Part shown: positions 49,205 to 59,546 of the stretch, in pieces | Position numbering within the stretch: the stretch's first letter is position 1 | Layout of the letters: each line of letters starts with the position of its first letter | Assembly (NCBI GenBank): GCA_964010765.1 | Contig: CAXGMD010000004.1 | Span: 17,338-81,337 of the forward strand | DNA: 64,000 nt | Reading direction: 5' to 3' | Source: an uncultured bacterium | Lineage (GTDB): Bacteria > SAR324 > NAC60-12 | Translations under genes and position numbers: made by a program | Notes under the pieces: generated by a model | Seen by the model: only the letters and a program-made list of their open reading frames with translations | The model's database searches: none | What the model was told of the DNA's origin: nothing

Positions 49205-52200
49205 ATGAAATCAGTCTCTAACAAAATCAATTTCCCTGAACTGGAATCTCGAATTCTCGAATTTTGGCGACAAGAAAACATCTTCAGAAAATCGGTAGAG
49301 GAACGACCGGCTGATAACGAATTCATATTTTATGATGGACCTCCATTTGCGACTGGTCTTCCACATTATGGACATTTGTTAGCAGGAACAATCAAGGACG
49401 TGATCCCCCGCTACAAGACCATGCAGGGCTATCGTGTAGAAAGACGATTTGGATGGGATTGCCATGGATTACCCGTTGAATATGAGATTGAGCAGACTTT
49501 GGGTTTGAAGGGACGTCCTGATATTGAGGAATTTGGAGTCGGGAACTTCAACGAAGAATGCCGCAAGATTGTGCTCCGCTATGCAAGTGAATGGCGAGAA
49601 ACCGTAGAAAGAATGGCTCGCTGGATCGACTTCGATAATGACTACAAGACCATGGATCTGACATTTATGGAGTCGGTTTGGTGGATCTTCGACCAACTCT
49701 GGAAGAAGGGACTCATCTATGAGGGTGTCAAAGTGATGCCATATTCATGGAGAGTCTCCACCCCCCTTTCAAACTTCGAAGCAAATTTGAACTACAAGGA
49801 CACCCAAGATCCATCGGTTACGGTTAAATTTGCCCTAACATCCGAACCAAACAACTTTATCCTCGCTTGGACAACGACTCCATGGACTTTACCTTCCAAC
49901 CTTGCGCTCTGTGCAGGTCCGAACTTGAACTATGTCTGTTTGCAGCCCCACGAAAGTGAAGAGAAGTATTGGATCTGTGAAGGGCGTCTTTCGGCATACT
50001 TTGAAGAAGGCAGCTATCAAATTATTAAGAAGTGTGCTGGGAAGGAGTTGGAGGGCCTAGCGTATGAACCAATATTCCGTTTTGCCGATGGGAGAGTTGA
50101 TCTTTCTAAGGCACGACGAGTTTTATTGGATGAGTATGTCAGTGATGAAAGCGGTACGGGAATCGTGCACCAAGCCCCTGCTTTTGGTGAGGATGATTTA
50201 AGAATCTGTCAGCGTGAAGGCATTCCTGTTTTTGATCCTGTGGATACAGAGGGAAATTTCTGCACTTACATGGATTTTATCGCAGGAATGAATATAAAGG
50301 AGGCGGATAAAACGATTATTCGTGAGCTGAAAGAACAAGGCTCACTATTCAGGCAGGACACGATTCAGCACAGCTATCCATTCTGCTGGAGAACAGACAC
50401 TCCACTGATTTACAAAGCTATCTCAACATGGTTTGTTAACGTAGAGGCAATCAAAGACCGAATGGTTTCTCACAACCAAACTGTTCATTGGGTGCCAACA
50501 CACATTCGTGATGGACGCTTTGGCAAATGGTTAGAAAATGCGAGAGATTGGGCGATCAGTCGCAACCGATATTGGGGTACACCTTTACCCATCTGGAGGA
50601 GTGAGGATGGGGATATTTTATGTTTTGGAAACGTCGCTGATTTGGAAGAGGCTGTTGGTCAAAAAATTACGGATCTGCACAAGCATTTTTTGGATGATTT
50701 ATTGATCAACAAGAATGGGAAAACCTATCGACGCATTCCTGAAGTACTAGATTGTTGGTTTGAGTCAGGTGCAATGCCCTACGCACAACAGCACTATCCT
50801 TTTGAAAACAAGGAACTATTCGAAGAAAATTTCCCAGCAAATTTTATCTGTGAGGGCCTAGATCAAACACGGGGTTGGTTCTATACCCTGGTGGTCCATG
50901 CCGCGGCCTTGTTCGATGCTCCCGCTTTTCGTAATTGTATCGTCAACGGACTGATTTTAGCGGAAGACGGCAAGAAGATGAGCAAGCGCCTCAAAAATTA
51001 TCCTGATCCAGTTGAAATGTTGGATCGGTATGGCGCTGACGCCATCAGGCTATACATGCTTAACTCTGTTGCGGTTCAAGGAGAGTCTTTGCGATTTTCG
51101 GAGCAAGGCTTAGTTGAAGTAACTCGCTCCGTACTCTTGCCTTTGTGGAATTCGCTATCGTTCCTTTCAACCTATGCAGAAATAGATGGTTGGGAACCGA
51201 CAGAAGCAAATCTAGCTGTAGAAAAAACGAATCCGTTGGATCGTTGGATTATGAGTCGTTTGCAAGGGCTCATTGCTGAGGTTCACTCTGCAATGGATCT
51301 TTATGAGTTGAACAGAGCTTCTGCTCCCTTTGTTCACTTCATCGACCTCCTCACAAACTGGTATTTGAGACGTAGCCGACGTCGCTTTTGGAAAGATGGT
51401 AGGGGTCAAGATAAGATGTCTGCCTATGCTACGCTGTTCTTGGTGTTGAGAGATCTTTCGAAAATTATCGCGTGCTTCGTTCCTTATGTTGCAGAAGGAA
51501 TCTATGAATCACTTCGAAGGGAAGGGGACCCAATTAGTGTACATCTGGACTACTTCCCAGCAGTAGATGACAAATCGAGGGATACAGAGTTGGAGACAAG
51601 AATGGATCTTGTCCTAGCCGCAGTTAACATGGGACGTGCTCTTCGTTCCAAGCATCAGTTGAAAACTCGCCAACCCCTTCAGAGATTATTTTTGATAACA
51701 CGTGATCCAGAGGCACAGAGAATCTTGAATGAACTGGATGCACTGCTGCTGGATGAACTAAACATCAAAGAATTAGTCCTCACCGAAAATGAGGAGGATT
51801 TAGTGGGATTGAGCGCACAGGCAAATTTTAGAGTTTTAGGGAAGCGTTTGGGCAAGCGCATGAAGGAGGTCGCTAATCAAATCAAGACTCTTGACTTGGA
51901 AAACATCAGAAGATTGCAGGATGGAGGAAGTGTCACCTTACAACATACTGACGGAGAGGTTACGCTGACACTTGAAGATGTCCTTATTCAACGTTCACAG
52001 AGGGAAGGTCTGTTGGTAGAGTCTTCTGGTAGTGTAACTATCGCACTTGACACTCAATTGAATGAATCCCTCATCAAAGAGGGTCTTGCGAGAGAATTTG
52101 TGAACAAAGTTCAGCATATGCGCAAGGAACAAGACCTCGCGGTCATGGACCGCATCGTAATTAGGTACAAGTCCTCAGATATTGTTGGCAAAGCGATCGA

Positions 52201-52333
52201 TGTTTACCGGGATTTTGTTTGCACCGAAACCCTTTGTGAGAAACTACTGCTTGAGGACAACCCCGGTAGTGAGTGGGACATCAATGGTGAGATCTGCACG
52301 ATTGAATTACAAAGAATAAATCCTTCTCCTTGA
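49205..52333 (+). CDS. ileS: isoleucyl-tRNA synthetase, type 2 (eukaryote-like) form
   Basis: 1042 aa with PPFATGLPHYGH, KMSKRL, and a type-2 IleS C-terminal region lacking the zinc-finger tail of type 1. Confidence 0.9.
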   Translation: MKSVSNKINFPELESRILEFWRQENIFRKSVEERPADNEFIFYDGPPFATGLPHYGHLLAGTIKDVIPRYKTMQGYRVERRFGWDCHGLPVEYEIEQTLGLKGRPDIEEFGVGNFNEECRKIVLRYASEWRETVERMARWIDFDNDYKTMDLTFMESVWWIFDQLWKKGLIYEGVKVMPYSWRVSTPLSNFEANLNYKDTQDPSVTVKFALTSEPNNFILAWTTTPWTLPSNLALCAGPNLNYVCLQPHESEEKYWICEGRLSAYFEEGSYQIIKKCAGKELEGLAYEPIFRFADGRVDLSKARRVLLDEYVSDESGTGIVHQAPAFGEDDLRICQREGIPVFDPVDTEGNFCTYMDFIAGMNIKEADKTIIRELKEQGSLFRQDTIQHSYPFCWRTDTPLIYKAISTWFVNVEAIKDRMVSHNQTVHWVPTHIRDGRFGKWLENARDWAISRNRYWGTPLPIWRSEDGDILCFGNVADLEEAVGQKITDLHKHFLDDLLINKNGKTYRRIPEVLDCWFESGAMPYAQQHYPFENKELFEENFPANFICEGLDQTRGWFYTLVVHAAALFDAPAFRNCIVNGLILAEDGKKMSKRLKNYPDPVEMLDRYGADAIRLYMLNSVAVQGESLRFSEQGLVEVTRSVLLPLWNSLSFLSTYAEIDGWEPTEANLAVEKTNPLDRWIMSRLQGLIAEVHSAMDLYELNRASAPFVHFIDLLTNWYLRRSRRRFWKDGRGQDKMSAYATLFLVLRDLSKIIACFVPYVAEGIYESLRREGDPISVHLDYFPAVDDKSRDTELETRMDLVLAAVNMGRALRSKHQLKTRQPLQRLFLITRDPEAQRILNELDALLLDELNIKELVLTENEEDLVGLSAQANFRVLGKRLGKRMKEVANQIKTLDLENIRRLQDGGSVTLQHTDGEVTLTLEDVLIQRSQREGLLVESSGSVTIALDTQLNESLIKEGLAREFVNKVQHMRKEQDLAVMDRIVIRYKSSDIVGKAIDVYRDFVCTETLCEKLLLEDNPGSEWDINGEICTIELQRINPSP

Positions 52334-52339
52334 GGTGAC

Positions 52340-52726
52340 ATGAAAAGATTGTTGATGTGCTTTCTGATTGGCTTTCTTTTGGGATGTGCGGCTGAACATG
52401 AATCAATCGGAAAACTCTCAAGCGAGAGACAAAGCCGTGCTGCAAAGTACACTGAATCTGAAACCCAAAATGTACTTGTTTTCAATGAAAGCTCAGCGAT
52501 AGTTTCTGAGCCTGAAGGAAGCTGGGATCTCAGAGTTAGTTCCTTCGAACCTGTCCAAGCCATTTATGTTGACAAGATCCCAATGACTCTAGCAGGAGGA
52601 TCTTATGATTTTCTCTTTAAGATACCCTACGCACTGAATTCTGAGGAGAAGAGTTTTACGGTTGAGGTGTATACAACGGAGGGAGTGATTAAGCGCGAAG
52701 TACTGTTGAAACAGAAGGCATCCTAA
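52340..52726 (+). CDS. small lipoprotein, hypothetical
   Basis: Lipobox LLGC; starts 7 nt after ileS. Confidence 0.4.
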   Translation: MKRLLMCFLIGFLLGCAAEHESIGKLSSERQSRAAKYTESETQNVLVFNESSAIVSEPEGSWDLRVSSFEPVQAIYVDKIPMTLAGGSYDFLFKIPYALNSEEKSFTVEVYTTEGVIKREVLLKQKAS

Positions 52727-52745
52727 CCAAACTGAAACACATGTA

Positions 52746-54440
52746 TTAAGCGATCTCTAGTGGAGGAATTTCTTCTTCAGGATCAGCTTGCTGTACCTTC
52801 TCAAACCATTCACTGAGCTGTTCTGCGTGACTGTCTAGACGAAATTTACGACAACAATCAAGCATTTGCACAAAAACTTTGTGCTGCGGCAACAAAATGA
52901 TTGATTGCTGATATTCCTGAATTGCTGCGGCCCCCTGTCGTTTCCCCTCGAGCATCATCGCTCTTTCCAAATGCTGATTGGCAATTGCCAGGCGATCTTT
53001 TTGCTTCTGCAAGGCAAGCTCTCTCTCGAACTCACGAATTGTTTTTGGATTCCCGAGCCCCTTGGCGACTTCCAAAGCTTCTTCCAAGACTTCCTCGTCT
53101 GCTTCAACGCTGATTACAAGTTGATATCCCAGCACCGATTCTTGCCAGTTATTCTTATCAGCCGCAATTCGTGCCAACGCCAGCCATTCTTGGCGGATAG
53201 TTTTCATCCCATCTAATGCTTGCCGATTTTTCGGATCCTTCAGTAGAACTTCACGAAAACAACTCTGAGCTGTATTCCATTCTTTGAACTCTAGAGATAA
53301 GGTCCCCAACTGTAAAAGTTGTTCTGGCTTCGTCATATCCAGTCTTAGATCATGCAGCAACTCCCAAGCTTTGCGTCGGTTTTTTCTAAGTAAATTTTTG
53401 GCTTCTTCGAACAATCCTGAAACTTCGTATTTTCCTTGGGACCGCCGCAGCATTTCGAAGCCAATGAAGAGATAGCGTCGTGACAACTGAATATTATTAG
53501 CTCGGCGATAGGCTAACCCTAAATTGATCAGGGTATAGCGATGATTTGGCACTTTTGCCAGTAAGGCGATGAGCTTTTCAACAGCAATTTTTGGTTGCTT
53601 CAGGGCTAATGAACAAAATAAAAAGCAACGTAGGTTTGCATCAAGAGGGTTTCGCTGCACAGCCCATTCAAAAACTTTAAAGGAGACAGCTTGATTTTGA
53701 GATAGTAGTTGATAGCCAAGCGCACAGATCAGTTTGAAAGGTTCTTCTTTGTCTTGGGGTGATTGGGCTTCATTCCATGCTAATTTTAATTTTGAGAAAA
53801 GCTGACCGGGTTCTTTTGGAGTTTTTAGTCGTTTTGGTTCGGGTTGGTCAAATGTTTTCGGTTCTGGTTCCAGTTTGGCAGCTTCTTCTGCGGCTTCTTT
53901 TGCGGCTTCCCACGCTGCATATTTTTCATTAAATTCCATGTCGATCAGTTGGGCTAGCTCATCCTCAAACGGGGGCAGGACAAAGCTGGTTCTGACCTCA
54001 AAGACACTGATTGAAAGCTTCGCATTGTCATCATACTGATAGCTGTGGGCCAGTGTTGCCGCAAGATTGTAAGAGGCCCATTCGTAGTCTGGATTTACCT
54101 TCAGCGCATGTTTATAGTAGTTCTCTGCTTTTCTTGGCTGAGAGTGGCGACGACATAAATTCCCTAAAAAATTAGCTAATTCCGGATTGTTGGGAAATGA
54201 AACCAGTAAGCTCTGACCAAGAGATAAAAGGTCCAAGCCTCCTGCAGATTCTGCATCCTCAAATTGTCTCTTAACAATTGGTATCGATTTCTGAGCATTA
54301 ATCTGGAGAGCCTTATTGTACTCAACAGAGGCACGATCATAAAAACGGCTGTCCAATAGCTGTTTGGCCTTTTTGAGATGCACCTGATAGCCCTCATCCT
54401 TTGTCCCGCCTTCTTTGAAAATCTTCTTCAAAAATTCCAT
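52746..54440 (-). CDS. TPR-repeat protein
   Basis: Multiple TPR-like helical repeats across 564 aa (YNKALQIN..., YYKHALKVNPDY...). Confidence 0.6.
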   Translation of the reverse strand: MEFLKKIFKEGGTKDEGYQVHLKKAKQLLDSRFYDRASVEYNKALQINAQKSIPIVKRQFEDAESAGGLDLLSLGQSLLVSFPNNPELANFLGNLCRRHSQPRKAENYYKHALKVNPDYEWASYNLAATLAHSYQYDDNAKLSISVFEVRTSFVLPPFEDELAQLIDMEFNEKYAAWEAAKEAAEEAAKLEPEPKTFDQPEPKRLKTPKEPGQLFSKLKLAWNEAQSPQDKEEPFKLICALGYQLLSQNQAVSFKVFEWAVQRNPLDANLRCFLFCSLALKQPKIAVEKLIALLAKVPNHRYTLINLGLAYRRANNIQLSRRYLFIGFEMLRRSQGKYEVSGLFEEAKNLLRKNRRKAWELLHDLRLDMTKPEQLLQLGTLSLEFKEWNTAQSCFREVLLKDPKNRQALDGMKTIRQEWLALARIAADKNNWQESVLGYQLVISVEADEEVLEEALEVAKGLGNPKTIREFERELALQKQKDRLAIANQHLERAMMLEGKRQGAAAIQEYQQSIILLPQHKVFVQMLDCCRKFRLDSHAEQLSEWFEKVQQADPEEEIPPLEIA

Positions 54441-54532
54441 AAATACCTGTGGGGTTCTTTACTCGATCAAGATTCGGTCAATCTGTTACTTTTGGAATGA
54501 ACAGGGACTAGCATTCAGGGTCTATCACATTT

Positions 54533-55378
54533 TCAAAACAGTGGTTTGAGCTCATCAATCATTTTTGAATCCCCATTGTCCCATTCAAGTAGTGTATGAC
54601 GAGTTTTGCCTTCTTCAAACTCCAAGATCAAATATGGAGTGCTCGTCGCTATCACAAAACGAAATCGACTTTTTTCCGCAGGAAGTAGGGCTCGAACTGT
54701 CCATGATGCAGGATAAAGGTCCACTTGAAGTGCTTCTTGGGCACCCCATGGAGCTGAATAATTTCGTTTCTTGATGGGCTCTGCAATCATTTCCAATTGG
54801 CTCAGAGATTGAGGCAGTCCTTGCTCTTCCAATTCCAAAGCTAACATCGACGCATAAATGGGGAATTTAACTTCCCTATCCTTCAAGAGCTCAGGCATGA
54901 GCAATCGCATGTGCAACATTATCAACTCCAGAGGGACCGTGCCCTTCTCAAGTTGTTGCTTAAAATTCCGAATTTCGCCTGCTCTATTGAGGACAGACTC
55001 TGAAGTTGACCCCCGGTAAGTCGTTGAGACCTGATAAACATCTCTCAGGTCTTCTTCAGTGTATTCTTCAATCTCACCATTGTCTGTGAAAATTAGCTGT
55101 TTGCGAGTAAAGACTCCCCCGTCAGGTTTAGTGTTGGCATTTTGCTCGACCCATTGTTGTTCCTCATTTTGGTAAATTTGGAGGAAATTACTGTAACCTG
55201 TTACCTCTTTGCGATCTAAGTTCCAATGTTCGTAGCGTAGAGTGGATCCCTCTTGAAGCAGTGAAAGGTAATTATTCGCTAGTAAATCCTGAGAAAAAAG
55301 ACTGTAAAAGATAAAAGACAAAATGATGAAACAAAATTGTTTTATCTGACAAACTGATTGACTATTCCGACAAACCAT
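54533..55378 (-). CDS. hypothetical secreted protein
   Basis: N-terminal hydrophobic signal-like segment; 281 aa; no family recognised. Confidence 0.4.
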   Translation of the reverse strand: MVCRNSQSVCQIKQFCFIILSFIFYSLFSQDLLANNYLSLLQEGSTLRYEHWNLDRKEVTGYSNFLQIYQNEEQQWVEQNANTKPDGGVFTRKQLIFTDNGEIEEYTEEDLRDVYQVSTTYRGSTSESVLNRAGEIRNFKQQLEKGTVPLELIMLHMRLLMPELLKDREVKFPIYASMLALELEEQGLPQSLSQLEMIAEPIKKRNYSAPWGAQEALQVDLYPASWTVRALLPAEKSRFRFVIATSTPYLILEFEEGKTRHTLLEWDNGDSKMIDELKPLF

Positions 55379-55464
55379 CTAAACCTTTCAAAATGATTTA
55401 TATTTCCAATTCCTTACTCTACTCGAAGTCCCAGAAATCAAGTGGGACAATCAGAGGGCAAACT

Positions 55465-56184
55465 ATGGCGGTTTATGGCTACATTCGAATTAACTATCAA
55501 CGCACTCAGCCTAAAGGTTTTACCCTTGAAGAGCAGGAGTCACAAATCAGACACTTTGCAGCCGCTAGAAATCTTACGCTTAAGAGAATAATCCAAGATG
55601 AAGCCGAAACCAGTGCAACTCTTGATTTATCAGGTCTTGCTGAAGTTTTGCAACTTGCTGAATCAGGCGAAATTACAACTTTGATTGTTCCTCGATTGGA
55701 TCGGTTGGTGCGAGTACTTCATCTTCATCAGCAAGTTTTACAGAAATTGTGTCATGAAAGTGGTGTCAATCTAATCTCGATTGAGGAAAACGTTGAGACA
55801 GCCACAGCCTGTGGACAACGCATTCTAAACATCATCGGCATTTTGTCGAAGTGGGAATCACGCAGGATTTCTGATAGAACTCGCGAATTGATCGAGAGAA
55901 AGCGTCGCATTGGAGAGCGTGTAGGCCATGCACCCTACGGCTTTGTTTATCAGAATAAAAAATTGATCCCAGCCGAGGAGGAAGTGGAAATTGTTAAATT
56001 GATTCGTCAAAAAAGAGAGATGGAGCAACTCAGTTACAGCAAAATTGCAAAATATTTAAACCAGAATCTCATTCCCGCAAAACGCGGTGGTAACTGGTAT
56101 ACGGAAACTGTGAAAACGGTTTGCACGAATCCTGTTTATGGAGAGCCAATCCGGATTAGAGGCCGGATGCGCCGTCCTGACTAG
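55465..56184 (+). CDS. serine-recombinase-like protein (resolvase domain plus partial Recombinase domain) with Asn replacing the catalytic Ser; likely inactive remnant
   Basis: YGYIRINYQRTQ replaces the YxRVSTxxQ motif. The middle shows resolvase-domain similarity (…LIVPRLDRLVRV…). The C-terminal GHAPYGF...GGNWYTETVKTVCTNPVYG matches the large-serine-recombinase Recombinase domain. Confidence 0.6.
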   Translation: MAVYGYIRINYQRTQPKGFTLEEQESQIRHFAAARNLTLKRIIQDEAETSATLDLSGLAEVLQLAESGEITTLIVPRLDRLVRVLHLHQQVLQKLCHESGVNLISIEENVETATACGQRILNIIGILSKWESRRISDRTRELIERKRRIGERVGHAPYGFVYQNKKLIPAEEEVEIVKLIRQKREMEQLSYSKIAKYLNQNLIPAKRGGNWYTETVKTVCTNPVYGEPIRIRGRMRRPD

Positions 56185-57835
56185 TTGTTGCCTTTTCCCT
56201 ACGTCTAATCAAATATCCCAAAGCCAGCATACTGAGGATAATATAGACCCACACTAACCACCCTGATTTCTCACGATACCAAGAATTATAAGTGGCTAAA
56301 TCAATTACCGCATCTAAATATCCTTCCTCGAAGAGTTCCATCCTCTTGGTAAGAGCTTGACCTGTAGCATCCCAGTACGAACTGTAGCCGCTATTTGTAG
56401 CAAAAACCACTGGCACACGGTTCTCAAGACTTCTCCAACGCGTAATCATTTCCAGATAGTCGGCGGCATTGGATTTTCCAAACCAAGCTAAGTTTCCACT
56501 CAACACAATCAGGTTGGCCCCATTCAGGACCATTTGCTGAATAATCTCTGGTGAGAATCCGTCGAAACAAATAGGCGCCGAAATCTTGGCATCCCCAATT
56601 GGCATCGCTGTGAATTCCTGGCCAGCCTCAAATTCTGAGATGTTAGGTATCATCTCTCTCAACCAAGCAGCCCAACTTGGAAACAAACTTGAACCTGGAA
56701 TACTCTCCCCAAATGGGATTAAAAAGATCTTGTTGTAGCGTCCGGCAACCTCTCCTTCAGGGTCAACCAAAACGGAAATTCCAAAAAATCGGTAATTACC
56801 ATCTACCTGCATTTCCCAGTCCACAGTACTGAGCAGAATATGTACCCGTTTTTCTTTGGCAAAATTTGAGACCAGCTCTTTAGCAGAGGCATCTTTAAAA
56901 ATTGGGGCTGGGAAGGTAGATTCTGGCCAAACAAGTATTCTTGGTAAATCTTTTTCTTCTCGATGGGTTTTCGCTAGGGCCTTTCTCGAATCATCCAACA
57001 AAGAATCAATATTCCGAAGGCGTTCCGAGTAAGCTAGATCAGGATTAGAAGCCAGTTGTGCTAAGGAGAAATTGGGTTGTAAAGAGACTACCTCAATCTG
57101 CGATTCTGACTTGAAATCCTGCAACTCTACTAAACGCCACCAGCCATAGGTTCCAGCTAGCAAATGCACTGTTATCAATAGTACTGTTGCGAACTTGACG
57201 CTGAACCACGCATAGTTTTGTTGCTTTAGGCAACGCCAGGCCAAGATGAATGTAAGATTACAGCCGACACTCAATAAGCTAAGTCCTGAAGAACCAATGA
57301 TATCAGCGAACTGCTCAATATATGGGACTTTGTAGTAAGTGAATCCACCAAGACTCCATTCGAACAGGCGAGGATAATGAGGTTCTAGAATCAGAATCCA
57401 AAGAATACGTACAGGCAGGTCCGCCCAGGAATGTTTAGGTAGAAATGGAAGCAAGCAGCCAAAATAGAAGAAGAAAATCAGACCAACCTCAAGGCCATAT
57501 CCAATAGCCGTGACTAAGACAGCTAACGGTAGCGGCAGATGACCATACACGTGGGCGCTGTTGGTGATGCAATAGCCCCCAATCACGGCACTGATAGACC
57601 CCGCAACGAGACTGTAACCAAGAATATTGAAAAATGATTTGCGCCTCTTTTGGGGAATTGAGAGGATTTCTTCATACAAAATTAACAATGGCACCAAGGA
57701 AACTAGCCCCAGTAATGGCAATCCGAACCCTGGGGTACTGAAACCAAACATTATCCCACTGCTCGCGGCCACAAAAAGTCTACGCCAACGATTGCAGAAT
57801 GCCCTCCTAGTCCAATGAGAATTAGTCATGATCAA
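56156..57835 (-). CDS. lnt: apolipoprotein N-acyltransferase
   Basis: N-terminal multi-TM domain and C-terminal CN-hydrolase domain (…LVWPESTFP…); 559 aa. Confidence 0.8.
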   Translation of the reverse strand: MIMTNSHWTRRAFCNRWRRLFVAASSGIMFGFSTPGFGLPLLGLVSLVPLLILYEEILSIPQKRRKSFFNILGYSLVAGSISAVIGGYCITNSAHVYGHLPLPLAVLVTAIGYGLEVGLIFFFYFGCLLPFLPKHSWADLPVRILWILILEPHYPRLFEWSLGGFTYYKVPYIEQFADIIGSSGLSLLSVGCNLTFILAWRCLKQQNYAWFSVKFATVLLITVHLLAGTYGWWRLVELQDFKSESQIEVVSLQPNFSLAQLASNPDLAYSERLRNIDSLLDDSRKALAKTHREEKDLPRILVWPESTFPAPIFKDASAKELVSNFAKEKRVHILLSTVDWEMQVDGNYRFFGISVLVDPEGEVAGRYNKIFLIPFGESIPGSSLFPSWAAWLREMIPNISEFEAGQEFTAMPIGDAKISAPICFDGFSPEIIQQMVLNGANLIVLSGNLAWFGKSNAADYLEMITRWRSLENRVPVVFATNSGYSSYWDATGQALTKRMELFEEGYLDAVIDLATYNSWYREKSGWLVWVYIILSMLALGYLIRRREKATTSQDGASGL

Positions 57836-58061
57836 TCTTACGCCGCATTCTATTGATCACCCGATCTTGGTTGATGACGAGGAATACTATCAATTGGTGT
57901 ATCGGAAGGAGAAAGGCTGGAGCCACTGTGAGAGCCGAAAAGAATGCTTGGCGAAGCTTCACTATCTTCGGGATGGATTTGCTCTTGGCAAGATCGATGA
58001 AAATTCTTTTAGAGAAAGAGAAGCAAAATTAGTGCTGACGTGGTGGATGCAAGGGCTTTGA
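57828..58061 (+). CDS. hypothetical small protein (77 aa)
   Basis: ORF divergent from lnt; no recognisable features. Confidence 0.2.
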   Translation: MINLTPHSIDHPILVDDEEYYQLVYRKEKGWSHCESRKECLAKLHYLRDGFALGKIDENSFREREAKLVLTWWMQGL

Positions 58062-58154
58062 AACATTACCTCATTGATTCGCTTAACAAATCTCATTCTG
58101 TGCTGGAGCACCCTATTTTACAACCTAGATGATCATAGTTTATTCAGGAAATAA

Positions 58155-59546
58155 ATGAAGTATTGCAGTACCCGCGGAGGAGTGAGTGAGCTAAATTTTG
58201 ATGATGCAGTCATGATGGGCCTTGCTGAAGATGGAGGTCTATTAATTCCCCAAGAGTTGCCAAGTATTAAAGAGAAGCTTCAAGATTGGCGTTCCTTGAC
58301 ATACCAAGATCTTTGTCTTGAAGTACTTGATTTGTTTGTGGGGGAGTCTGTTGACAGATCAGAATTAAAAGCAATGATTCAACAGTGCTACAGAAGTTTT
58401 CGAACATCAAGCATCACCCCAGTTGTTCAAGTATCTTCAATACATGTACTAGAATTATTCCATGGTCCCACTTACGCTTTTAAGGACGTGGCTCTTCAGT
58501 TGTTGGGGAACCTTTTTGAGTGCCTCCTGAACAGAAGGGGTGAACGGTTACGAATTCTAGGGGCAACTTCAGGAGATACTGGTAGCGCTGCCATTCATGG
58601 TGTGCGACACCGTAAGAATCTCGAAATCTTTATGTTGCATCCTTTTGGCCGAGTCAGCCCCATACAAGAACTGCAGATGGTTACAGTGACAGATGAAAAT
58701 GTACACAACCTTGCTGTGGATGGAACCTTTGACGATGCTCAAAATATTGTCAAAGCTCTTTTCAACGATGTGGAATTTAAAAAAACTCAGCGATTGGGGG
58801 CTGTCAATTCAATCAATTGGGCTAGAGTTCTCGCCCAAATTGTCTATTACATATATGCCCACTGTCGTGTGGCGCCAAGTGCTGAAAGTCCAGTTGTTTT
58901 CTCAGTACCCACCGGAAATTTCGGAAATGTACTGGCAGGATATTATGCTCAGCAAATGGGGCTACCTGTTGAGAAACTAATTGTAGCCACTAATTCAAAT
59001 GATATCCTCCATCGTCTGTTCATTAAGGGTGAATACTATCAAGAAGGCGTTCAAGAAACGCTTAGCCCCTCAATGGATATCCAAATTTCAAGTAACTTGG
59101 AACGCTACCTCTACGACTTGTGTGATAAAGACCCTAAAATTTTACGAAGTTGGATGATGGAATTTCAGGCTTCGGGGAAATTAACTCTCACTGGAAACCA
59201 CCTAAAGAAGGCTCAAGCTCAGTTCGAGTCGGTTCGTGTGGATGATGAAGAGACTGTGGCAACCATCCAAGAGGTGCATTCAAAGCATGGTTACCTGTTA
59301 GATCCACATTCTGCGGTTGGGTATGCAGCAGCGCAGAAAATTTCATCGTCCAGTCCTGTGATCAGCTTGGCATGTGCACACCCCGCAAAGTTTGCTGGCG
59401 CTATCGAACGAGCCACGGGCAATCCTCCTCCAGAGCCCTCTGAATTGGCCAGTCTGCGCAACAGGGATACAAGATGTCATCGTTTGCCAGCAACTTCTGA
59501 GGCAGTCCGGGACTTCCTGGAAAAGACAGTTCCTAAGTATGACTGA
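58155..59546 (+). CDS. thrC: threonine synthase (long, eukaryote/plant-like class)
   Basis: MKYCSTRGG N-terminus, PLP-dependent fold with FKD lysine region; 463 aa. Confidence 0.85.
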   Translation: MKYCSTRGGVSELNFDDAVMMGLAEDGGLLIPQELPSIKEKLQDWRSLTYQDLCLEVLDLFVGESVDRSELKAMIQQCYRSFRTSSITPVVQVSSIHVLELFHGPTYAFKDVALQLLGNLFECLLNRRGERLRILGATSGDTGSAAIHGVRHRKNLEIFMLHPFGRVSPIQELQMVTVTDENVHNLAVDGTFDDAQNIVKALFNDVEFKKTQRLGAVNSINWARVLAQIVYYIYAHCRVAPSAESPVVFSVPTGNFGNVLAGYYAQQMGLPVEKLIVATNSNDILHRLFIKGEYYQEGVQETLSPSMDIQISSNLERYLYDLCDKDPKILRSWMMEFQASGKLTLTGNHLKKAQAQFESVRVDDEETVATIQEVHSKHGYLLDPHSAVGYAAAQKISSSSPVISLACAHPAKFAGAIERATGNPPPEPSELASLRNRDTRCHRLPATSEAVRDFLEKTVPKYD

